Assembly (NCBI GenBank): GCA_038212275.1
Contig: JBBQUR010000033.1
Coordinates: forward strand, 1 to 28,969
Direction of reading: 5' to 3'
DNA: 28,969 nt
Origin: Planctomycetota bacterium
Lineage (GTDB): Bacteria > Planctomycetota > B15-G4
Each line of letters opens with the position of its first letter. Position 1 is the stretch's first letter. The translations under genes were made by a program, and so were the position numbers. Below, one piece after another: positions 21,466 to 28,969 of this stretch. The notes below the pieces were generated by a model that had not been told where the DNA came from, made no database searches, and saw nothing but the letters and a program-made list of their open reading frames with translations.

Positions 21466-23587
21466 ACTCCGTCGCCCCGGGCGCGCGGTCGCTGTCGGCG
21501 TCGCGCGCGGCCTGTTCGTGCGGGCCTGATGCGGGAACGACTCGTGCGGGAGCGCTGATCGCCGTCGCGGCGTGGCGCGCCGCGCGCACCGGACCGGGGC
21601 TTGCGGCTCGCAAGCGGCGCGGTGCGTCGTCGGTGACGCCCTCGACGCCCTTGGTCACGCCGCTTTCGTCCATGGAGAGGATTGCGCGCTGCTTGCTGGG
21701 CAGCAGGCCCATGTCGCGCTTGATCGCGAAGCAGAGCGAGGGCGGCACGCCGCACACGTGGCAGACCTTGCCCACGCAATACTCGGTCTTGATCTCCTCG
21801 CGGGCCTTTTCGCGCTCGGCCCAGAGGTAGTCGCGGCTGGGGCCGATGTCGAGGTGGTCCCAGGGCAGCGCCTCGTCGCGGCTGCGCTCGCGCACGGCGT
21901 ACTTGTCCGGGTCGATGCCGCAGGCGTCGAAGGCGTCGAGCCAGCGCGAGATGTCGGAGTGCTCGCTCCACGCATCGAAGCGCGCGCCGCGGCGGTGCGC
22001 CTCGACGAGCCCCGGCGCGAGGCGACGGTCGCCGCGGGACAGGATGCCCTCGAGATAACTCTGGTCCGCATCGTGGAACTTCAGCTTCACGCGGCGATTG
22101 CGGTTGAGCTTGCGCATCCACGACTGCTTTTCGCGCACGACGTGGCGGTCCATCATACCGTCCCACTGGAAGGGCACGAAGGCCTTGGGCACGAACGTGG
22201 AGACCGTGACGTTCACCGCGGCGGGGCCCTGGCCCGTGACCTTCTGGCGCAGCTTGGAAAGCTCGTCGGCGAACTCCACGACGGCGCGCAGGTCTTCCTC
22301 GCGCTCGCCGGGAATGCCGATCATGTAGTAGAGCTTGATCTGCGCCCAACCCTCGGCGTACGCGGCGGCGGCCGACGCGCGCACGTCCTCGTTCTTGATG
22401 TCCTTGTTGATGATGCGGCGCAGGCGGTCCGTCGCGACTTCCGGCGCGAAGGTCATGCCGCTCTTGCGCACGCCGTGCATGAGCGCCGGCAGCCGGGAGA
22501 GTTCGCCGGTGACGCGGAGGCTCGGCAGCGAGACCGACACCCTGCGCGGCGTGAAGCGCTCGCTCATCGCGCGCAGCAGCTGTTCGATCCACGGGTAGTC
22601 GCCCGAAGAGAGCGAGGTGAGCGTGATCGAGTCGTAGCCGGTGTTCTTCCAGGTCTCCTCGGCCGCGTTGACGAGGTCTTCCACCGTGCGGTAGCGCATC
22701 GGGCGCGTGATCATCCCGGCCTGGCAGAAGCGGCAACCGCGCGTGCAGCCGCGCATGATCTCGATGGAGATGCGGTCCTGCACCGAGCGTGCGTGCGGCA
22801 CCACGGGTCGCGTCGCCATCGGCGCGGAGCTGAAGTCGAAGACGGACGCGCCCTTCACGATGCGGGGCACGTCGGCGAAGCGCGGCGTCAGCCCGCGGAA
22901 GGGGCCGTTGTCCGGGTCGAAGGCCGCGGTGTACATCGCCGGCACGTAGGCGTAGGCGAAGCTGCGCGCGATGTCATGCAGCAGCTCCTCGCGCGACATC
23001 GGCCCGCCCGGCCGGTCCGCGCGCCGTCGTTCCGCGACGAAGCGCAGGAAGGGCGTGATGGTTTCCTCGGCGTCGCCAGGCAGGAAGACGTCGATGAACT
23101 CCGCGAGCACCTCGGGCGAGTGCGCGCCGTGGCCGCCCGCGACGATGATCGGGTGCTGCGGCCCGCGCTCACGCGCCAGCAGCGGAATGCCCGCGAGGTC
23201 GATGGTCTCGAGGACGTTGCTGTAGGTCAGCTCGGTCTGCAGCGTGAAGCCGAGGATGTCGAAGTCCGTGATCGGCAGGTGGTTCTCGAGCGTGAAGAGC
23301 GGCACGCCGGCCGCGCGCATGGCGTCGGCCATGTCGGGCCACGGCGTGAAGCAGCGCTCCGCCGCGAGGTCGGGCTGGTCGTTCAGGAGCTGGTACAGGA
23401 TCTGCAGCCCGTTGTGGCTCGTGCCGACCTCGTACGTGTCCGGGTAGCAGAGCACCATGCGCCCGGCGAGGCCGTCCCAGCCGCCGAGGTCTTTGCGGAC
23501 GCTGTTGAACTCGCCGCCGATGTACTGCGCCGGGTTGGTCACGCCGCCGAGCAGCTCTCGGACGCGTGGAAGCAGACTCTCCGGCAT
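21458..23587 (-). CDS. TIGR03960-type B12-binding radical SAM protein
   Basis: PAQYIGGEFN, YPDTYEVGTSH.G, ERCF.PWPD, EIMRGCTRGCRFCQAG, SLSSGDY, SLPSLR, TFAPE, RGARFDAWSE, LPWDH and a C-terminal C...C..CG..C. Confidence 0.93.
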   Translation of the reverse strand: MPESLLPRVRELLGGVTNPAQYIGGEFNSVRKDLGGWDGLAGRMVLCYPDTYEVGTSHNGLQILYQLLNDQPDLAAERCFTPWPDMADAMRAAGVPLFTLENHLPITDFDILGFTLQTELTYSNVLETIDLAGIPLLARERGPQHPIIVAGGHGAHSPEVLAEFIDVFLPGDAEETITPFLRFVAERRRADRPGGPMSREELLHDIARSFAYAYVPAMYTAAFDPDNGPFRGLTPRFADVPRIVKGASVFDFSSAPMATRPVVPHARSVQDRISIEIMRGCTRGCRFCQAGMITRPMRYRTVEDLVNAAEETWKNTGYDSITLTSLSSGDYPWIEQLLRAMSERFTPRRVSVSLPSLRVTGELSRLPALMHGVRKSGMTFAPEVATDRLRRIINKDIKNEDVRASAAAAYAEGWAQIKLYYMIGIPGEREEDLRAVVEFADELSKLRQKVTGQGPAAVNVTVSTFVPKAFVPFQWDGMMDRHVVREKQSWMRKLNRNRRVKLKFHDADQSYLEGILSRGDRRLAPGLVEAHRRGARFDAWSEHSDISRWLDAFDACGIDPDKYAVRERSRDEALPWDHLDIGPSRDYLWAEREKAREEIKTEYCVGKVCHVCGVPPSLCFAIKRDMGLLPSKQRAILSMDESGVTKGVEGVTDDAPRRLRAASPGPVRAARHAATAISAPARVVPASGPHEQAARDADSDRAPGATECV

Positions 23588-23628
23588 GACCCTGGCACCT
23601 CGTGATGACCGCGCAGACGAAGGGCGCA

Positions 23629-23637
23629 AACATAGCA
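23629..23637 (-). promoter_or_regulatory. Putative extended -10 promoter (TGcTATGTT)
   Basis: Reverse complement of aacatagca, about 40 nt upstream of ATG 23587. Confidence 0.5.
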
Positions 23638-23768
23638 CGGCGGCCCCTCGCCGCGCGGCGCGCGGGCGAGGCGGAGCCCGTGCAGCGGACCCCGTGTCGC
23701 GACCCGGTGTTCCCGTCGAGAGTCCCGGTTTTCCGGGCTCGCATCGCGCGGTACGCCGGCTCGAGGGC

Positions 23769-25247
23769 TCAGCCTTCGCGCGGCATGTCCGGTTCGTCGT
23801 CGTCGTGGCTGTCGCGCAGCGGGTTGTTGAAGGCGTCGTCCGCGTCGCTGTCCATCGGGTGTTGCGGGCGTGCGGGGCGCGAGGCGCCAGGGCCCTGCTT
23901 GCCAGTGCTCGCGCGTGCGCCGCGCGGCGGGGCGCTCTCGCCCGGCGCGGGCCAGCACGGCGAAAGCGTCGTGAAGCGCCGACGGTGCGGGTGCAGTTCC
24001 TCGTTGCCGAGCAGCAGCTGGCTCGCGAGCGGCATGTAGATCGACTCGAATTCCTCGCGGGCGGTGCCGCCGTCGTCGGGCAGTGCACGCATCGCGGCGA
24101 AGAGTTCGGCGCCGATCTCGGCAGCCGGTCGCTCGTCGGCCGGTACGGGGCGCATCTGGCGCGTGCGGCTGTCCAGTGCGTAGCGCTCTTCCCAGGGCAG
24201 GAAGGCGCGGCGCGCGACGATGCCGACGACCTCCGGGCACACCGGCGCCTCGTGCTCCCAGTCGAGATTCACCGAGAAGAGGCGCATGTCCGCCGAGTGC
24301 TTGCCGAGGCTCGCGATGAGCGGCCCGAACTCCAGAGCGTTCGCCGCGACGAGCAGCGCCGAGCGCCCGCGCCGCTCGGTGAGCTCTTCCTCGCACGGCA
24401 CGCCCTGTGCGAGCGCCAGCGCATGCGCGAGCGGCGCCGACGCCGGGGACACGGGCATGACGAGCTGGTGCGAGAGTCCCAGCCGCTCGTACAGGTGCAC
24501 GAGCCGCTGCAGCAGGAAGGCCACCATGTCGGGGCGCAGATCGAGGATGTCGTAGCGGCCGAGGCGCGTGCTGTCCTCGAAGTAGCCGCCGGCCACCTTC
24601 AGGATCACGCCGGCATGCTGGATGAAGTGCCACTCGCGCAGTCCGAGGGCGTCGAGCGATGGCCAGCGCGCCCCGCGCCCGAGCAGACCGTGCAGCGCGT
24701 CGATGCGCTCGCGCTGGTCATCCTCCGGGACGCGTTCCTCGGCCTGGGCGAGGAAGCTGTTCGCGAGGTCCCGGCGGGTGGCGTAGAAGGCGGCCTCGGC
24801 CTGCACCAGCAGCACGTCCAGCGTCTCGGTTTCCGAGAGCGAGGCGTCGTCGTCCAGCGGGGCCAGCGTGCGCAGGCAGCCCGTGAAGTCCCGGCTCTGC
24901 AGGCGGGCGAAGGCCAGTTCGCGGCGCGTGGAGGTGTTGTCCGGGTTGGCCGCCAGGCTCTTCTCGAGCAGGGCGGCCGCCACCTCCGGGCGCCCCTCGT
25001 CCACCATGCGGTATCCCAGCGCGAAGAGCGCCTCGGCGTCGCCCGGCCGCGCACGCAGCTCGTCGAAGAGCATCGCATCCGACTCGCTGCCGAGGAGTCG
25101 GCAGATGCGGCTGGCGGCCTGCAGCGCACCCTCGTGTCCGGGGTCCACCGCGAGCGCCTGGAGCAGCGTTCCGAGGGCCGGCCGGAGCTGGCCTCGGCGC
25201 ACCAGGTCCACGGAAGTGTCGAAAAGTTGCTTGGCACTGGCGGGCAT
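23769..25247 (-). CDS. Tetratricopeptide-repeat protein with uncharacterised C-terminal alpha/beta domain
   Basis: TPR-like helices (QALAVDPGH, ALFALGY...AAALLEKSLAANPDN) in the first ~190 aa; codon usage is coding-like throughout. Confidence 0.8.
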   Translation of the reverse strand: MPASAKQLFDTSVDLVRRGQLRPALGTLLQALAVDPGHEGALQAASRICRLLGSESDAMLFDELRARPGDAEALFALGYRMVDEGRPEVAAALLEKSLAANPDNTSTRRELAFARLQSRDFTGCLRTLAPLDDDASLSETETLDVLLVQAEAAFYATRRDLANSFLAQAEERVPEDDQRERIDALHGLLGRGARWPSLDALGLREWHFIQHAGVILKVAGGYFEDSTRLGRYDILDLRPDMVAFLLQRLVHLYERLGLSHQLVMPVSPASAPLAHALALAQGVPCEEELTERRGRSALLVAANALEFGPLIASLGKHSADMRLFSVNLDWEHEAPVCPEVVGIVARRAFLPWEERYALDSRTRQMRPVPADERPAAEIGAELFAAMRALPDDGGTAREEFESIYMPLASQLLLGNEELHPHRRRFTTLSPCWPAPGESAPPRGARASTGKQGPGASRPARPQHPMDSDADDAFNNPLRDSHDDDEPDMPREG

Positions 25248-25255
25248 GGTTCGGG

Positions 25256-25281
25256 ATTCTAGCGGAGTCGGCCGCTACTCT
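25256..25281. promoter_or_regulatory. Divergent -10 boxes (TAGAAT minus, TACTCT plus) overlapping a short inverted repeat
   Basis: attcta at 25256-25261 (8 nt from ATG 25247) and tactct at 25276-25281; tagcgg/ccgcta inverted repeat at 25260-25277. Confidence 0.45.
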
Positions 25282-25301
25282 GACTGCCCGGAAACCACAG
25301 C

Positions 25302-27158
25302 ATGCGACGCATCGCGGTCATCAATCAGAAGGGCGGGGTGGGCAAGACCACGACCACCGTCAATCTGGGGGCCGCCCTCGCCCGCCTCGGCCAGCGCGTG
25401 CTGGTCTGCGACATGGACGCTCAGTGCAACCTCACGGTGCACCTCGATGCGGACCCGGCCAGCGATGCGCCCTCGATCTACGAACTGCTGCACGGCACGG
25501 CCACGCTTGCGCAGGTGTTGCGCAACACGACCGAGTCGAACCTGCAGATGCTCGCCTCCAGCATCGACCTCGCCGGCATCGAGCTCGAGCTCGTCAACGC
25601 GGTGGGGCGCGAGACGATCCTGCGCGACGCGCTGGCCGCCCATGTCGCGCAGCACGGCGACTCGTGGGACTTCCTGCTGGTGGACTGTCCGCCGAGCCTC
25701 GGACTGCTCTCGCTGAACGCGCTCGTCGCGTGCCACGAGGTCTTCGTGCCCATCCAGAGCGAGTTCTTCGCGCTGCAGGGCCTTGGAAAACTGCTGGAAA
25801 TCGTGGAGCTGGTGCAGCGGCGACTCAATCCGACTCTGCGCATCACGGGCATGGTCTCGGTGCGTCATGACCCCAGCACGAATCTCGGGCGGCAGGTGCT
25901 CGCCGACATCCGCAAGCATTTCGGCGACGTGCTCATGGCCACCGCCATCCGCCGCAACGTGAAGCTTGCCGAGGCGCCAAGTCACGGCAAGACCATCTTC
26001 GAGTACGACGCCGAGTGTCGTGGGGCACAGGATTATCTGGCCCTCGCGCGCGAGGTGCTCGGCGTGACGGCGCCTGCCGAGGTCGCTGCCGTCGCTGCCG
26101 TCGTCGCGGCCGCAGCCCGGTCGTCCGCTGCGCCGCGCGTCGCACTCTCCTCGGGATCGCAGGCCAGCGCGGCACCCGCGGCGTCCGCGGCGTCCGCCAG
26201 GCTTGTGGCGAGTGCCGCGCCCGCACCGAACGCTGCACCCGCCGCGGCCCGCGCGCGTGCCACGTCTGCGCCGGCTCGTGGCAGGAACGGGACCTTCGTC
26301 AAGGCCGGCGAGGCGACGCATCCGACTCCCACCGTTGCGGAGCGGTCCACACCAGCTCCGGCGGAAGCGCCCGCCGCCTCGGCGAAGACGCCGCCCCCCG
26401 CGCCAGTCCCGGTGCCGAGCACGACACCGGCGGCCGGGACGATGCACGCGTCAGGGACGCTGCCGACAGCCAGGACGCTGCCGACGGCACGGAGTCGGTC
26501 GGCGGTCGAGGCGCGGCGTGATGCACCTCGGCAGCCTGCGGCGCCCGGGAACGCGCCGCCGCCTGAGCGGCCGGCGCTGCGCGGAAAGCGGCCGGCCTCG
26601 GCCGCACTGACTGCGCTGGCACACCTGACGGCCGCGCCGAAGGCTGCCGGGCCGTCGAAGGCCGGCCGACCGGCGAAGCTGCCCGCGCCCGCAACAGCCC
26701 ACAAGGCGGCAACACAGGTCTCGCCAGCGGTCGCGAGGCAGCCGCGCGCTCCCGTTCCCGCGGCGCCTGCCGATCAGACGGCGGCGCCGCAGGCCGACAC
26801 GGCCGCTCACCAGCCCGTCGGGAAGCCGGAGCCAGAGCCCGCGCGCAAGCCGAGCCCTAAGCCGACGGACAGATTGGATCCGCGCCTCGTGGCGCGCGCG
26901 GCGACCCGTGCCGGCGCGGCGATCGCGTCCCCGCGCACGGCCCACGGAACTTCTGCCGCCGCGAAGGGCGCGGCGCCAAAGCCCGCCGCCCCCGCGCCGG
27001 TGCGTGATTCGGCCATCGGGATCAGCGAACCTGTCGCGCCCATCGAACGTCCCTCGGCGCTGCAAGGCGCACCCGCCTCGTCGGCACGACGCCCGGTCAA
27101 GTCCGCCCCCAAAGCGGCTGCACCGGGCGCACCGCCCCTGAGTGAAAGCAACTCATGA
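25302..27158 (+). CDS. ParA/Soj-family ATPase with long Ala/Pro-rich C-terminal extension
   Basis: NQKGGVGKTTT deviant Walker A, DMDAQCN, DCPPSLGLL, EFFALQG, IRRNVKLAEAPSHG. The domain ends near 26065, followed by a ~360-aa low-complexity tail. Confidence 0.9.
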   Translation: MRRIAVINQKGGVGKTTTTVNLGAALARLGQRVLVCDMDAQCNLTVHLDADPASDAPSIYELLHGTATLAQVLRNTTESNLQMLASSIDLAGIELELVNAVGRETILRDALAAHVAQHGDSWDFLLVDCPPSLGLLSLNALVACHEVFVPIQSEFFALQGLGKLLEIVELVQRRLNPTLRITGMVSVRHDPSTNLGRQVLADIRKHFGDVLMATAIRRNVKLAEAPSHGKTIFEYDAECRGAQDYLALAREVLGVTAPAEVAAVAAVVAAAARSSAAPRVALSSGSQASAAPAASAASARLVASAAPAPNAAPAAARARATSAPARGRNGTFVKAGEATHPTPTVAERSTPAPAEAPAASAKTPPPAPVPVPSTTPAAGTMHASGTLPTARTLPTARSRSAVEARRDAPRQPAAPGNAPPPERPALRGKRPASAALTALAHLTAAPKAAGPSKAGRPAKLPAPATAHKAATQVSPAVARQPRAPVPAAPADQTAAPQADTAAHQPVGKPEPEPARKPSPKPTDRLDPRLVARAATRAGAAIASPRTAHGTSAAAKGAAPKPAAPAPVRDSAIGISEPVAPIERPSALQGAPASSARRPVKSAPKAAAPGAPPLSESNS

Positions 27159-28351
27159 CCCAGACCTTCACGAGCCGGCTGATCGGTACCGACAACAACC
27201 CGATCATCTTCCTGATTCGCCTCGCGTTGCTGCCGCTCTCGCTGCTCTATTACGCGGCCACGCTGGCGCGCAACGCGGTCTACGACCTCGGTCTGCTGGG
27301 ATCGGTGCGCGTGCCCGCCGCGGTCGTCTCAGTCGGCAATCTCACCGTGGGAGGCACCGGCAAGACGCCCCTGGTCATCCTGCTCGCGAACCAGGCGGTG
27401 GCTGCGGGGAAGCGAGTCGCCATCGTGGCGCGTGGCTACGGCGCGGTGGCGGACGCACACGGGGCGACGGATGAGGTCGTCCTCATGGCGGCGCGCTGCC
27501 CCGGCGCACGCCTCGTGGTTTCCCCGGACAAGCTGCTCGGTGCGCGTCAGGCTGCTGCCGAGGGTGCGGAACTCATCCTGGTGGACGACGGCATGCAGCA
27601 CAGGCGGCTGCATCGCGACTTCAACATCGTGATGCTCGACGCGCGCGCGCCGTTCGGCAACGGCATGGTGCTGCCGGCGGGATCGCTGCGCGAGCCGGCT
27701 GCCGGCCTGTGCCGCGCCGACCTCCTGGTGCTCACGCACGGAGAGACGTTGCCCGATTCCGAGCGCGTCACCGTCGAAGCCAGCGTGCGGGCTTTTCATC
27801 GCGCGGTGCCGCTGGTGTGGGCGCGCCACGCGCCTGTTGGCGTGCGCTCCGTGAACGGCGTCACGATGCGGCCCGCCGAGTCGCTGCGCGGGCGCAGCGT
27901 CTTCCTCTGCTGCGGCATCGCGTCGCCCGCAGGTTTCCGGCAGACGGTCGAGAACCTCGGCGCGCACATCGCCGGCCTGGTGGCGTTCGGAGACCATCAC
28001 GATTTCTCGGCCACGGATCTCGCCACGGTGCGCAGCCAGGCGCGGGACAATCTCATCGTGTGCACCGAGAAGGATGCCGCGAAACTCGCGCGGATCCCCG
28101 GCAGCGACGACGTGGAGTGCCTCGTCATCGACCTGCAGATCGAGGGTGGCATGCCGCTGATTCCCGGCCTCGATGCGCCGTGGTCGCCGCCGCCTGCCGA
28201 AGTGGACGAGCATGCCGTGCATGCCGCACACGATGCCCACGCGCCGGCCGGCGCGCACGACCACGGGCACGACCACGGGCACGACCACGGGCACGACCAC
28301 GGCGCCCACGGCGCCCATGACCACGGCCAGCCTCACGGCGGCCATCACTGA
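27155..28351 (+). CDS. lpxK: Tetraacyldisaccharide 4'-kinase with His-rich C-terminal tail
   Basis: SVGNLTVGGTGKTP, RGYG, DE, VDDGMQHRRLHRD, LPAGSLRE, GIASP..F, FGDHH.F, TEKDAAK. ATGA overlap with the ParA stop. Confidence 0.95.
   Translation: MTQTFTSRLIGTDNNPIIFLIRLALLPLSLLYYAATLARNAVYDLGLLGSVRVPAAVVSVGNLTVGGTGKTPLVILLANQAVAAGKRVAIVARGYGAVADAHGATDEVVLMAARCPGARLVVSPDKLLGARQAAAEGAELILVDDGMQHRRLHRDFNIVMLDARAPFGNGMVLPAGSLREPAAGLCRADLLVLTHGETLPDSERVTVEASVRAFHRAVPLVWARHAPVGVRSVNGVTMRPAESLRGRSVFLCCGIASPAGFRQTVENLGAHIAGLVAFGDHHDFSATDLATVRSQARDNLIVCTEKDAAKLARIPGSDDVECLVIDLQIEGGMPLIPGLDAPWSPPPAEVDEHAVHAAHDAHAPAGAHDHGHDHGHDHGHDHGAHGAHDHGQPHGGHH
28256..28303 (+). repeat. 4 x 12-bp in-frame repeat (HDHG)
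   Basis: cacgaccacggg x3 followed by cacgaccacggc. Confidence 0.9.
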
Positions 28352-28372
28352 GCCAGGCGTGCGTCCCGCGCT

Positions 28373-28512
28373 TCAGCGAAAGCGCGCGCGGAGCAGCGTC
28401 GGCAGTGTGTCGGGGCGGTGCTCGTCGAGCAGGCGCGCCAGCGCGCGGGCCAGCGAACGGGCCTCGGCCTGCTCCGCATGGATGCCGGCATCGCGGCTGT
28501 CCGTGTCGCGAA
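28373..28512 (-). pseudogene. 3' end of an unidentified gene interrupted by the group II intron
   Basis: Minus frame ...RDTDSRDAGIHAEQAEARSLARALARLLDEHRPDTLPTLLRARFR* has GC3-rich codons. The coding character ends exactly at the intron boundary. Confidence 0.65.
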
Positions 28513-28969
28513 GTGCGCCACGAACGGCGCTGATTGGAAGTCGATGTAGACCGACAAACAGTGTTGATGCTGCATGAGAGATGGAGGCAGACCCTCCGGG
28601 GACGGGTTGCAGGACCAGTCCTCAAACCGCCCGACGCTGCGCGGGGACAAGCTCCCGGGTAGTGAGCGGATCGGGAAACGACAGGGACGACCTGTCAGGT
28701 ACGGATCAGGAAGGCGAACGCAAGTGAACCGTCGACGAGCTGTCGAAAAGGATCCAGACGTCATCGAAACCAAGTCACTTCGCGGGGCTTGGGATGAAGT
28801 TCAGCGGAAACCTGTTTACTGGCTGGGCGATGACCGGCAGAAAGACGGCGCGATCCTGATTCAGGCTTTCATGCGGAACGTGGGAACCTGGCGCTCCGAT
28901 GCCAAGGGAGACGTCCAAGAGGTTGGAACCTCAAGGGCCAGAGTACCGAAGCGGAGCGCAGGGGCGGAT
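28513..28969 (+). mobile_element. Group II intron (IIB-like), 5' portion: domains I-II and start of III; the rest, including any RT ORF, lies beyond the window
   Basis: Starts GTGCG. EBS1 TTCGCG (28779-28784), in the loop of stem CCAAGTC/GGCTTGG, pairs with exon IBS1 CGCGAA (28507-28512). EBS2 TACGGA (28700-28705) pairs with IBS2 TCCGTG (28500-28505). GGAACGTGGGAACC junction and a CCTGGCGCTCCG/CGGAGCGCAGG DII stem. Abrupt shift to lower-GC, purine-rich sequence. Confidence 0.92.

Noticed and set aside
23588..24088. N-terminal extension of the TIGR03960-type ORF
   Set aside because: It overlaps the TPR gene out of frame and crosses a promoter-like motif. Family similarity begins after ATG 23587.
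28345..28773. 142-aa minus ORF
   Set aside because: It runs through intron RNA sequence. The coding-like frame in 28373-28512 is a different one.

Overview
Very GC-rich bacterial DNA. The protein styles (planctomycete-type ECF sigma, SADGR beta-propeller with a conserved-looking C-terminal tail, Thr-type sulfatase-like lipoprotein, lpxK) suggest an uncultured Planctomycetota; this is inference. The first ~4.4 kb is a decayed accessory patch: a truncated PD-(D/E)xK nuclease, a degenerate ECF sigma, scrambled rve-integrase and tyrosine-recombinase scraps, an intact secreted 7-blade propeller and a probable deletion remnant. The middle holds a Tat glycosylasparaginase, two unknown genes, a B12 radical SAM gene divergent from a 59-aa LysW-like carrier protein (missed by the ORF track, ending DDWDD instead of EDWGE), a methyltransferase / YfhO GT-C / sulfatase-like / BtuF-like block, and a TIGR03960-type radical SAM + heterodimeric ABC exporter + AlkD-like operon. 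The right end has a TPR gene, an orphan ParA with a ~360-aa disordered tail coupled to a His-tailed LpxK, and the 5' part of a group II intron starting at 28513. The intron boundary is supported by visible EBS1/IBS1 and EBS2/IBS2 pairings, and it sits antisense inside a minus-strand gene. Short tandem duplications, mostly in-frame 9-mers encoding Gly-X-Y, recur in many unrelated genes. All family calls come from motif recognition; no database search was run.
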